A DNA stretch of 64,000 nucleotides, taken from contig CAWGYD010000004.1 of the NCBI GenBank assembly GCA_963826785.1, positions 288,001 to 352,000 on the forward strand, written 5' to 3'. The DNA comes from an uncultured delta proteobacterium. Its GTDB lineage: Bacteria > Desulfobacterota > Desulfobacteria > Desulfobacterales > Desulfosalsimonadaceae. Positions 40,609 to 50,552 of this stretch are shown piece by piece. How positions within the stretch are numbered: position 1 is the stretch's first letter; each line of letters begins with the position of its first letter. The notes beneath the pieces were generated by a model. It worked only from the letters and a program-made list of their open reading frames with translations. It was not told where the DNA came from and searched no databases. Position numbers and translations under genes: made by a program.

Positions 40609-42761
40609 TCAGAACAGTTTGAATCCGGTCATCACATCGACGGCCAGAAGCGTCTGGGAATCTGAATAGGTATCGTCGGATTCAAAGGAGTAGAGATAAA
40701 ACCATTTGTGCTTGAGGGTAAGGGCCAGAAAGGAATTGAGCTGGTAGGAGAGCGCATTGGTGATCTCGGACCGGATCTGCCGGTTGCCGAAATCGATCCG
40801 CTCGACGGAAAAGAAGGTATCGAGATGCAGGGAGTAGGCCAGGTCTCCCCAGAGCAGATAGTTTACGTCCATGATGGTTTCAAGACCGGTATAGAGCGCC
40901 GTTTCCGGTATCCTGGGTCTGTTTTTCGACACCTAAGCCCACTTTGCCGCTGAAGTGCGGTGTCTCAAACAGCGCCCCCAAAGTATCCCGGATCAGGATC
41001 GGCCTGAGATCGTCTGTTTTCACCACCACCGTGTCGACCTGGGTTTTGTGATAGGGGTTCACATAAGATTCGAGGTTATAGGCATACAGCAGCGTTCCAC
41101 GCAGCAGGTTCTGCAGGTAATCGTCTTCCTGTTTGATCAGGTAGATGTAGGGGGTGAAGACAAATTTGTGATACCGGTTGTACACGGTAAGATCGATGCG
41201 GTCTTCCATGCCCCATTTCCGGTAGGTCTCGGCCGGCTTTCCGGGCGGGATATCGATGTCTTCTCCCCGGCTGACACTGGTCTGATTGTAGAAATTAGAC
41301 AAAAAGACATCGGTGAGCACACGATACCGGCGATCCAGGTAATTAAAATCCGTGCGCAGAAAGACCCGGTCCGCAGAAAGATCGGCCCGGATGATATCCG
41401 AGATGGATTCCCAGGTGTTCTTGTATTTGATGTCCCGGCCAAACTGGGCGGCCAATTGGTCATAAACCGACTGGGGGGAGCAGACCCGGTAAAACCGGGC
41501 GTCGCTGATGGGGTATCCCTGAACCGATGACCCCGTCGGTCCCGGTGATGACCAGGCGCTTCCGGGCGGCCGCCTGCCGGAGTTCGGCTCCGGAAAGCGT
41601 GTACACGTAGACGGGATACCCGTTGTTGACCATGCCCAGAATGTCCGAATAGGTGACGCGCCCCGAAAGGGCGCGCGGCGATACGGCATAGTCTTCGATG
41701 ATGGCAATTTCCGCCCTGAAGCGGTCCCGCAGCAGCTGGGCGACCTGTTCGGTATCCAGTTGAACCGCGTCGGGGATATTTTCGGCAATGATCTGCTCCC
41801 CCTCGCTGGCAAACCGCTTTTTCCACAGGGTGAGCCGCTGGACAAATTCATCATAGGCGGTGGACAGGATCGGCCGGGGCGCGGCCGGTGTAAACTCAAG
41901 CCGGTTGACGGACAGGGGCCCGTCTGACGTAAGAGAAAGGGTGTAGAACCCCGCCGGGTCGGTCAGGGTGATCAGGGACCGCCCCGACTCGATGTCCACC
42001 CGGTTTGCCCTGGCCGCATACAGTTCGCCGGAGGCGTCTCCGCCGCTGATCACGAGTGAAATCGCCGGCTGCTGCGCCAGCAGGGCCAGATTGTCCGCCT
42101 GGGACAGGCCGGAAAGGACGATGATGTGATCCGGTTTTTCGGCCAGAACCTGTCCAAGCGTCTCCTGCATGGCCGCATCGATGTCCTGAAAGGTCACCTC
42201 CATCAGCTGTTTTTCGGCAATATCGATCAGCCCCCGCCGGGAGGTCAGCCCGATGAAGGCCAGTTTTTTGCCCTGGATGCTCCGGATAAACCAGGGGGTG
42301 AACACGGGGGCATCGTTGTTCCGGATATTGGCGGAAAGGAGCAGGGCCTTTCGGTCCCGGGCCAGAAAGGTCAGGTTGCTCACCCCGATGTTCAAATCCT
42401 GGGAAGACACCAGGGTGGCGGCACAGGCCGTGTAATTGAGATAGTCCATCATCAGGGAACCGCAGGAGAACCGCGACAGGATGCCGGGGTAAAAGGCGTT
42501 TCCCAGGTCCAGGTACAGGTCCGCAGAGTGATGGTTGCGCCAGTACTGAAGCGACTGGGCCATGATCAGCAGGGGGTCCTTTGAATGCTGGTCTTCGATG
42601 GCGGTGTCAAACCGGCCGTTGAGATTGGCCGTGAGCAAAAAGGTGATGTCGTCCGAAGACGGCGCCGCCGCGGCTGCCGGGGAAAAGTACACCAGGGCCG
42701 CCAGTATGGGCAAAAACAGCCGTCTGACGAAAAAGAAAAAACCGGGGGGGAACTTGAACAT
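40609..42761 (-). pseudogene. Large exported protein: 5'-nucleotidase/metallophosphoesterase-like N-terminus plus beta-barrel-like C-terminus; two +1 frameshifts
   Basis: Three overlapping ORFs join by removing one base at the C4 run 41531-41534 (GTDGSSVQGYP) and one near 40909 (EKQTQDPETALY); signal peptide; C-terminal GFKLF. Confidence 0.7.
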
Positions 42762-42768
42762 GGGGGCC

Positions 42769-43569
42769 TTATTTGTTCCGGATGCATTCCAGCAGGGACT
42801 GGTAATTCTTGTTCATCTCTTCAATCCGGGCCGTTTTATCATCCAGCATCTTCTGCAGTTGGGTGTGGGATTCAAGCAGCGTCTGGTAAGTCTGGTTCAG
42901 GGTATCCAGCTGGGCCTTTTTTTCATCACAGGCGTCCTGTGCCTGTTGAAGCTGCGCCTGCAGGTCTTTGGCGGCCGCCTCTGCATTTGTCAATTCCGTC
43001 TTTTTTTCGGATAACTGGCGGTCCAGTTCAGCAATTTTTCCCTCAAGTTCTAATTTCTGGTTTTCGAAATCGGCCTTGAGCGTTTTTTGCGTTTCGTCGA
43101 GAAAACCTGCCTGTTCATTCAATTTTTCGGTCAGACGGGATGCGTCCTCATCCCAGGCGCTCTGGATTTCTTCCATGCGGATCATCATTTCGGCCATCTG
43201 TTCGCGGTCAGTGCTTTCCAGTTCAGCATACTGCCGGGCCAGATCCTGGTACCACCCGGCCATCTGGTCCATGTCCTGTTCATAGCGGGAGTTCAGATCG
43301 GCGACTTCTTCAGTCAGGGCGGCCACACGGTTTTTGATTCGGGCGGATTCGGATTTATATTGCCGGTTTTCTTCTTTGAGCACCTCGTTTTCACGCAGGG
43401 CAAGCTTCAGATTGTTTCTCATCAGCCGGTTTTCCGCCTGAAGTTGCTCCGGGGCGGAAAGGGGTCTGCCGCCTTGTATGCCGGCGCATGCGGATATACT
43501 CAATACCGCAGCCAAAGCCAGAAGCGTCAGTTTCAGGGGAAATGTCATGATGAAGCGGATCTGATTCAC
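42769..43569 (-). CDS. Coiled-coil lipoprotein
   Basis: Lipobox-like ISAC followed by long heptad repeats. Confidence 0.75.
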   Translation of the reverse strand: MNQIRFIMTFPLKLTLLALAAVLSISACAGIQGGRPLSAPEQLQAENRLMRNNLKLALRENEVLKEENRQYKSESARIKNRVAALTEEVADLNSRYEQDMDQMAGWYQDLARQYAELESTDREQMAEMMIRMEEIQSAWDEDASRLTEKLNEQAGFLDETQKTLKADFENQKLELEGKIAELDRQLSEKKTELTNAEAAAKDLQAQLQQAQDACDEKKAQLDTLNQTYQTLLESHTQLQKMLDDKTARIEEMNKNYQSLLECIRNK

Positions 43570-43811
43570 AACCCGCTAGTTATTTCAAAACCGGTGCTGA
43601 TGTCAAGATTGCGGATATCGTTTGCTGAAATATTTCCATGAACCGCGGCACTCCGGCAGGAGATTTTGGTGAATGGATGAAAAACGGCCTATACATTTCA
43701 TGAGGGTTTTATTTTCGGGTTTCACCCCATTGTGGCCTCATCTGAAAGTCATAAAATGGGATTGTTATGGTTTAATCCATCAATAATACCTGTCCATAAA
43801 GGAGAATGCGC

Positions 43812-43991
43812 ATGTGTTACAATTGCGGATGCGGCAAAGCCGCAGATGACCACGGGAAAGGTCATGCCGGTGTGGATTCCGACGGCAAGGCCATTACGGA
43901 CAAAACCTTTGAAGCGGCGGCCAAGGCGTTTGGGATGAGCAAGGAAGAGTCCAAGGAAAATACCCATTCGCTGCTCAAAGGAAAAAGCTGA
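43812..43991 (+). CDS. Small Cys/His-rich protein (59 aa)
   Basis: AAAGGAGA RBS; MCYNCGCG start; followed by a terminator. Confidence 0.75.
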   Translation: MCYNCGCGKAADDHGKGHAGVDSDGKAITDKTFEAAAKAFGMSKEESKENTHSLLKGKS

Positions 43992-43994
43992 CGG

Positions 43995-44041
43995 AAAATG
44001 GACAGCCGTCCGGGTTCTGCCGGGCCGGCTGTCCATTTTTC
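43995..44041 (+). terminator. Intrinsic terminator-like hairpin
   Basis: AAAATGGACAGCCG...CGGCTGTCCATTTT. Confidence 0.7.
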
Positions 44042-44243
44042 ACGACTCGCGCCATGGCCGAAAAAGGCGCCCCGACAAAATCCCCGAGACAAGCTGTCCT
44101 TATTTGCTCCCCTTCGCGCTTATCCCCCGTCATTTATTCCGCCCCGTCAAGCCGGGAACAAACATGCCGGATTCAGGTGGTATTGATTTACACTCGGTGA
44201 TACGATAGGTAATTATCATTTCTGCAGCAGGCGAGGAAATGAC

Positions 44244-44720
44244 ATGTCGGCGATTATCGAAAAAATCATATCCGGGGGGCAGACAGGAGCGGATCGGGCC
44301 GCACTGGATTTTGCCATTGAAAACAAAATTCCCCATGGCGGATGGGTTCCCCGCGGCCGCCGGTCCGAGGACGGCAAGATTCCGGAAAAGTACGGGCTGA
44401 AAGAGGCGCCCACGCCGGAATACGACCGCCGGACGGAATTAAACGCCTGCCATTCGGACGGCACCCTCATCATCAGCCATGGAAAACTTCAGGGCGGGTC
44501 GGCCCTGACCCGAAGAATGGCTGAAAAATACAGTCGGCCCCTGCTGCATATTGATTTATCCGCCACAATCGAATCCGAGGCCGCTTTGTCGGTTGTGCGC
44601 TGGATGCGGCAAAACCGGGTGAAAATTTTAAACGTTGCCGGCGCAAGGGCCAGCAGGGACCCGGACATTTATGGCGCAACCCGGAGCCTCCTTTCCGCCG
44701 TGCTCCAGATCGATCCTTAA
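44244..44720 (+). CDS. Putative molybdenum carrier (SLOG-fold) protein
   Basis: KIISGGQTGADRAALD, GGWVPRGR, RTELN, SDGTL and LNVAG motifs. Confidence 0.85.
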   Translation: MSAIIEKIISGGQTGADRAALDFAIENKIPHGGWVPRGRRSEDGKIPEKYGLKEAPTPEYDRRTELNACHSDGTLIISHGKLQGGSALTRRMAEKYSRPLLHIDLSATIESEAALSVVRWMRQNRVKILNVAGARASRDPDIYGATRSLLSAVLQIDP

Positions 44721-44784
44721 AAGAATCGCACCGCTCCGGGTGATTCAAAGCCATAAAGCCCCGATGAGCCGGAGATAAGAGGCC

Positions 44785-45510
44785 ATGATTTCGAGATCCT
44801 GGATGGTGGCGGATTTAGGCATTCTTTCCTTTCAAGAGGCCCATCAGCTGCAGTTCGACCTGGTTGAGGCGCGGCATTCCGGCCATTTTGACCGGGATCA
44901 GCTGCTGCTTCTGGAGCACCCGGCCGTGTTTACCCTGGGCCGCCGGGGCGGCCGCGAGAACCTGATGATTTCCGAAACCGAGCTGAAGCGCCTGGGCATC
45001 GACCTTGTCCCCACCGAGCGGGGAGGGGACATCACCTATCATGGGCCGGGGCAGCTGGTGGGATACCTGCTGGCGGTCCTTGACAGGGATAAAATGGATA
45101 TCCCGCATCTGGTCAGCAATGTGGAGGAGGTGATGATCCGAACGGCCATGGATTTTGACCTGCATGCAGGCCGTGATCCGCGCAATCACGGCGTCTGGGT
45201 GGATGGCCGGAAGCTGGGCAGCATCGGTATCGCCATCCGCCATGGCATCACCTTCCACGGCTTTGCCTTAAACGTCAATAATGACCTGACCCCCTTTAAA
45301 TGGATCAACGCCTGCGGACTGGCCGGGGTGGAGGTGACATCGATGTCGGCGCTTGCGGGCCGGCGCTTTCGGATGACGGAAGTGAAACAGCGGATTGTAA
45401 GAAATTTTGAGGATATCTTTGATGTCCGCCTTGAACCGGTCGGCGGAGACGATTTGAAAATCCGGCTGGGGGAAAAGGTTGAGTGCAAAAACGGTGCGAA
45501 GCTGAAATGA
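44785..45510 (+). CDS. lipB: Octanoyltransferase LipB
   Basis: LEHPAVFTLG, RGGDITYHGPGQLVGY, KLGSIGI and HGFALNV motifs. Confidence 0.95.
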   Translation: MISRSWMVADLGILSFQEAHQLQFDLVEARHSGHFDRDQLLLLEHPAVFTLGRRGGRENLMISETELKRLGIDLVPTERGGDITYHGPGQLVGYLLAVLDRDKMDIPHLVSNVEEVMIRTAMDFDLHAGRDPRNHGVWVDGRKLGSIGIAIRHGITFHGFALNVNNDLTPFKWINACGLAGVEVTSMSALAGRRFRMTEVKQRIVRNFEDIFDVRLEPVGGDDLKIRLGEKVECKNGAKLK

Positions 45511-46370
45511 TCAGACCCGACTGGCTCAAAAAGCGGCTGCCCCCTATGGCAAACAGCAGCGAGATCCGTGCGCTGGTAAGCAACCGGCAGCTGCATACCG
45601 TCTGCCAGGAGGCCAAATGTCCCAATATCTGGGAATGCTTTTCCCGAAAAACAGCGACATTTCTGATCATGGGAAATCGGTGCACCCGGGACTGCCGGTT
45701 CTGCGGGGTTGAACAGGGACCTTCCGGCCCGCCCGATCCGGGTGAACCCGCCCGCCTGGCCCGGACCGCAAGCCAGATGAATCTCAAGTATGTGGTGGTC
45801 ACCTCGGTGACCCGCGATGATCTGCCCATGGGCGGAGCCGCCTTTTTTGCAGAAACCATCTATGCCTTGCGGAAATCCATCGCCGGTGTCCGCATAGAGG
45901 TCCTGATTCCTGATTTTTGCGGCGATGTCGATGCCCTTGAACTTGTGATCCGGGCCGGTCCCGATGTTTTGAACCATAATATTGAAACGGTTCCCCGGCT
46001 CTATTCCCGGGCGCGTCCCCAGGCAAATTACCGGCAAAGCCTGGATCTGCTGAATCGGGCAAGATCTTTCAATGCGGCCATTCCCACCAAATCGGGGCTG
46101 ATGCTGGGCCTGGGGGAAAGCGATGATGAAGCCCGGCAGACCCTTGACGATCTCCGGAAGGCCGGCTGCCGTATCCTGACCATCGGGCAGTACCTGCCGC
46201 CTTCCAAACATCACCTGCCGGTGGACCGATTTGTCACACCGGAAGCGTTTAACCGGTGGCGGATCATGGGAAAGGAGATGGGGTTTCTGGAAGTCGCTGC
46301 CGGGCCTTTTGTCAGAAGCTCTTATCATGCACAGAAAATATACCTTGCGGCCACTGGCCGACCGGCCTGA
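45507..46370 (+). CDS. lipA: Lipoyl synthase LipA
   Basis: CQEAKCPNIWEC, CTRDCRFC, NHNIETV and RSSY motifs; ATGA overlap with lipB. Confidence 0.96.
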   Translation: MIRPDWLKKRLPPMANSSEIRALVSNRQLHTVCQEAKCPNIWECFSRKTATFLIMGNRCTRDCRFCGVEQGPSGPPDPGEPARLARTASQMNLKYVVVTSVTRDDLPMGGAAFFAETIYALRKSIAGVRIEVLIPDFCGDVDALELVIRAGPDVLNHNIETVPRLYSRARPQANYRQSLDLLNRARSFNAAIPTKSGLMLGLGESDDEARQTLDDLRKAGCRILTIGQYLPPSKHHLPVDRFVTPEAFNRWRIMGKEMGFLEVAAGPFVRSSYHAQKIYLAATGRPA

Positions 46371-46479
46371 TATCGCCCCTGGCGCCCCTTCTTCCGGCCA
46401 TGGCCCCTTGACAAATCCGCCGCTGCTTTCATTCTTTAGACAGTTGCTTTTAATTTTCACCTTAAGAAACAGGTAACGA

Positions 46480-47196
46480 ATGAAAGCGCGATATTCAATC
46501 CTGATAATGATTTTTGCCGCAGCCGTGCTGATGGCCTCCCGCTTCGTACCTTACAAGAATGATTTCGATCAATCCTATGAAAACAACTATGATTACGGGT
46601 ATGGGTTCGATCGCAATGTCTACCGGGGTTACAATGAGGACGACCTGGTTCACATCCAGATTACCGACGACGAAATCATCGGCATCCGAAACGGCCGGCG
46701 GGTATCGGCCGTCGACCTGCATCTGGACGAATCGGTGCGCTGGTATGGAGAAATGGGGCGTGTAGGCGTGGTGCTCACCACCGAGCGGCTGATGGGGCTA
46801 TCCACCCGCACCAACTGGAAGATTCTGGATCTCGGGCTGAGTGAAAATCTGACATCGGATATCATGCTGTCGCCGCACCTGGCACTGGCGGTAAGTTCCA
46901 AGCGGATCATGGTTTTTGATTCATGGATGGGCCGCTGGGCCACCACGCCTTTCCCCATTCACGACGAATTCAAACAGGAGGCAATCGGTCTGAACGTGGC
47001 CGTGGTGCTGACATCCAGGCGGGCTTTCGGGTATGCCCTGGGAAAAACCTTTTTCAAACAGGTGGACATCCGCACCGGTGAAAATGTCAAATCGCTTGAA
47101 GTCACTGCAAAGAGTGCCACCCTCCGGACCGACCGCCGGTTGCTGATCTTCACGGCCGGCGATGCATCCTGGTCCAGGGTGGACCTGGATGAATGA
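46480..47196 (+). CDS. Exported hypothetical protein (beta-rich repeats)
   Basis: N-terminal hydrophobic segment; repeated V-V-L-T-x-x-R-(L/I/A) units. Confidence 0.65.
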   Translation: MKARYSILIMIFAAAVLMASRFVPYKNDFDQSYENNYDYGYGFDRNVYRGYNEDDLVHIQITDDEIIGIRNGRRVSAVDLHLDESVRWYGEMGRVGVVLTTERLMGLSTRTNWKILDLGLSENLTSDIMLSPHLALAVSSKRIMVFDSWMGRWATTPFPIHDEFKQEAIGLNVAVVLTSRRAFGYALGKTFFKQVDIRTGENVKSLEVTAKSATLRTDRRLLIFTAGDASWSRVDLDE

Positions 47197-47245
47197 AAAC
47201 ATTTGAAATAGCGTTTTTCACCCGTTTATCTTTTGATTTCTCACC

Positions 47246-47435
47246 GGTCCAACACCCCCCTGGCCCCCCTCGAGGGGGGAATCTGATCGTAATTTCAAGA
47301 CCTAATCCCCCTTGATGGGGGAATTTAATCGTAATTTCAAGGCCTAATCCCCCCTTGAGGGGGGAATTAAAGGGGGGTGTGCCGTCGGCGGCCGTTAGGA
47401 TTCAAACGTTTTTTCCTGCAAAAGCACCGCGCAGG
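47246..47435. repeat. REP/MITE-like element, family B copy 2
   Basis: Inverted homolog of 15740-15910; two internal tandem ATCGTAATTTCAAG(A/G)CCTAATCCCCC units. Confidence 0.72.
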
Positions 47436-47450
47436 CGGGATTTATACCGG

Positions 47451-49119
47451 TCAGAATTCCGATAGGTTCTGGTAGAACATCACCGTTGCCGGGCTGGTGG
47501 CTTCCGGGTCGGTGACCACGTTGATGCAGGCCGGTTTGCCCGATTCGGCAGCCCGCTTCAGCGCCGGGACGATCTCCTCATCTTTGGTGACCAGTTCGCC
47601 ATAGCCGCCGAGCCCCTCCACCATTTTCTCATATTGCCGCATCCCCAGCTCAGAGCAGGTGCACCGGTCTTTTCCAATGCTCATTTCCTGGGAATGCTTG
47701 ATCATCCCCCAGGCGCAGTCGTTGTTCACCACGCAGATGATGGGAATGTTGTGCCGAACCGCCGTGTCGAATTCCATGCTGTTGAACCCGAAGGAGCCGT
47801 CTCCGTTTAACACGACGACCGGCTTGTCCGGGTGGACCAGCTTGGCGGTGATGGCAAAGGGGATCCCCGTGCCCAGGCATCCCAGCAGGGCGCCGGCAGG
47901 GATCATCACGCCGGCCCGGTTGGCCGAGGAAAATCCCGCCAATCCGTAATAGCTGGTGTCTCCCCCGTCGGCGATGTAGAATGCATCTTCACCGAACACC
48001 TCCATGATTCTGGCCACCAGCCGGTTGGGATGGATGGGATCGGAGGGGTTTTTTCGCTGCTCCAGTTCGGTGGTCATGAACGCATGGTAGGCATTTTTCA
48101 GTTTCTTCAGCCAGTCGCCGTGATCTTTTTTGTCCAGCAAGGGATTGAGCTGCTCCAGAACATACCCGCAATCCCCGATCAGCCCGACATCGGCCGGCCG
48201 GTTCCGGTCGATTTCATGGGGATCGATGTCGATGCGCACCACCTTGGCATTGGGGAACAGCTGGCCCGACTGGAGCACCCAGTTGAAGCGGATGCCCGCG
48301 GCCACCACCACGTCGGCCTGGGGAAGCCCGGTCATGATGCCGGTGAACCCGCCTTCGTTGATGCACTGGGGGTGGCTATCGGGAAGGATGCCCCGGCCGT
48401 TGTTGATCAGGGCAAAGGGCATGCCGGTTTTATCCACGAAGTTTTTCACCGCGTCCCCGCAGCAGCTCATGCCGATGCCGCTGCCGCCCAGAAACATCGG
48501 TCTTTCGGCGTTGTTGATGATTTTTACGGCCTCGGCCAGTTCAGACACCTCCGGGTGGGTGGCGGATCTGTGCGTTTTTTTCCTGGGGGATCTGCACGTC
48601 CTTGAGTTCGGTCTGGATAAACAGGATGTCGGGCGGCAGTTCCAGAAACACCGGCCCGGGCCGTCCCATGGTGGCGTGACGGAAAGCAAGGGAGAGATAT
48701 TCGGGGATGCGCTTGATATCATAGCAGGTGGCGCTCCATTTGGTCACCGGCTTGATCATGTCGATCTGGTTCATCTCCTGGAGGGCGCCCTTGAGGTCGT
48801 CTCTGAGGGGATGGCGGCCGCAGAGCACCACCAGGGGCGCATTGTCCAGATGGGCGTTCACCACGCCGGTCAGCGCGTTGGTGAATCCGGGGCCCGCCGT
48901 CACCAGGCACACGCCGGGTTCCCCCGTGTAAATGGACCAGGCATGGGCCATCATGGCTGCTGCCTGTTCGTGGCGGACATCGATGGTGCGGATGCGGTAT
49001 TCCGTAAACCCGTCTAGAATATTTTCGATGTGGCCCCCGGAAATCGTAAATACCGTGCTGACGTTTTCCACTTCCTTCATGTATTTGGCCGCCAGATGCC
49101 CGCCGTAGATTTTACCCAT
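47451..49119 (-). pseudogene. TPP-dependent enzyme (2-hydroxyacyl-CoA lyase/oxalyl-CoA decarboxylase/ALS-like), +1 frameshift near 48575-48590
   Basis: RHEQAAAMMA, TAGPG, GRPGPVFLELP and GDGSFGF..NNDCAWG motifs; removing one base in the G5/T7 runs restores the frame. Confidence 0.88.
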
Positions 49120-49258
49120 ATTGATCCCTCCTTTAATTAGCGATTTGCCCAAACATGAAATACTTTGCGGCGATCGAAATGAACTTGCATGATCCCGGGC
49201 ATGCCCATGGCATGTAAACCCGGTTCCCCCAGGCTTTTGAAATTTGCCGCTCTTTTTT

Positions 49259-49621
49259 TCATCCGGTGATGAGTTTCATGGCGCCTTCAAACCACTGGGC
49301 ATATACGCCCATTCCCAGTACCTTGAGCTTGCCCTCTGCCGCGGCATTGAACGAGGCATCGGGGGCCTTGCTGGTCATCACGGAAAAAGCCGTATCCGCA
49401 TCCTGCCATACCAGGGCCACGTCAAAATCCGTATGGTTCCCGCCGGATCGGGAGGACACCGTCCCCTTGTCAAAGATAAGCAGCCGGCCGTATTGGCCGT
49501 CCTGGGTCCTGATCAGGATTCGGGCCTGGGCCTTGCTGATGTATTTCTTGAATCTGGTGTTGGTGAACGAGGCGACTTTGAGGACCTGGGACAGGATGAA
49601 CAGCAGTGTTTGAAGCTTCAT
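49259..49621 (-). CDS. Small SCP2-like-fold hypothetical protein
   Basis: AAGGAGA RBS; DVALVWQDA and AAAEGKLKVLG SCP2-like pattern. Confidence 0.6.
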   Translation of the reverse strand: MKLQTLLFILSQVLKVASFTNTRFKKYISKAQARILIRTQDGQYGRLLIFDKGTVSSRSGGNHTDFDVALVWQDADTAFSVMTSKAPDASFNAAAEGKLKVLGMGVYAQWFEGAMKLITG

Positions 49622-49918
49622 GAATCTCTCCTTGCCGGGGTAATGTTATTTGGATAATTCGGGACGGGGCCGCCACCGGAACGCAAACAGCGCCGAAAGT
49701 TTTCCGGGACCCGCCGGCGCAGCGATCCGAGCGGGTCAAAGGGCGTTTCGATCCGTTCGCCGAGACGGATCTGCGGGCCGTTATCCAATCCCCTGCAGCC
49801 GGGGACCTTGCCCATGCCGATCATCGCACCCGGACCGGTTTTCGAAATCCTTTGAGGGTTCATGCCTGTGCCAGAACGACAGAACGGAAATTTTTCCCCA
49901 TTGGGTAGAATTGTTCTA

Positions 49919-49947
49919 AAACTACGCAGGTGTGATTCAAATGTCAA
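49919..49947 (-). promoter_or_regulatory. Candidate sigma70 promoter
   Basis: TTGACA-17 nt-TAGTTT on the minus strand, ~300 nt upstream of ATG 49621. Confidence 0.45.
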
Positions 49948-50071
49948 GAAGGACGAAACGATCCGGTAGGGCGGGCGGGTGCAATGATTACCGAAGGCGG
50001 ATTTCCGAAGAGCGTGCAGTCACAGGCCGGACGGCCGGGTGATGTCCCGCGGCCGTCCGGATGTTTAGTTA

Positions 50072-50212
50072 ATGTCCATCCACAAATGGCTAATTTGCCC
50101 AATTTCTGCGTCAGGCTCAAATTTTAATCCTCAAAATACCTTGAGTATTCCTGCGGTTAAAATTTTCGCCTTCCTTGAACTTGAACAAATTATCTCATTC
50201 GTGGATGGACAC
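50072..50212. mobile_element. 141-bp MITE, family D copy 2 (inverted relative to 34219-34359)
   Basis: Near-identical reverse complement; left flank TAGTTA, right flank TGTTAA. Confidence 0.85.
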
Positions 50213-50214
50213 TG

Positions 50215-50433
50215 TTAACGGGCATCCTGGGTGCCGCCGGATGCTTCCAGGCTGCACTTGGTGAAATCGATCTGCTTGCCGCATTTATCGCATTTATGCG
50301 GACGGTTGAATTCATCGGAAAAGATTTCATTCTCTTCGCCGCATTCCGGACATTTGCAGGTAAATGCGCTCAAATTTTTGAAGTGCTGAAATCCCGGGCA
50401 GTGCTGGGGGGTTGAACCGATTTGAGGTGCCAT
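50215..50433 (-). CDS. Small zinc-ribbon protein
   Basis: HCPG, CPECG..EIFSDE..CDKCG; AGGAGG RBS. Confidence 0.8.
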   Translation of the reverse strand: MAPQIGSTPQHCPGFQHFKNLSAFTCKCPECGEENEIFSDEFNRPHKCDKCGKQIDFTKCSLEASGGTQDAR

Positions 50434-50552
50434 GGTTTTCCTCCTTTCGTAGGGGGTTAAAATCTGCCTTTATCACGTGTAAGTCAAAGATAATGACGAT
50501 TCGGCCATTTCTCAAATTTTTTCACCATATGAATTCCCCAAAAAGCCCGCTT

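Noticed and set aside
45186..46460. 424-aa antisense ORF over lipA/lipB, and similar long shadow ORFs elsewhere
   Set aside because: Antisense to clearly conserved genes in GC-rich DNA; no recognisable motifs
47246..47380. Repeated hairpin units as CRISPR
   Set aside because: Two units with no spacer diversity; homologous to the intergenic repeat at 15740-15910
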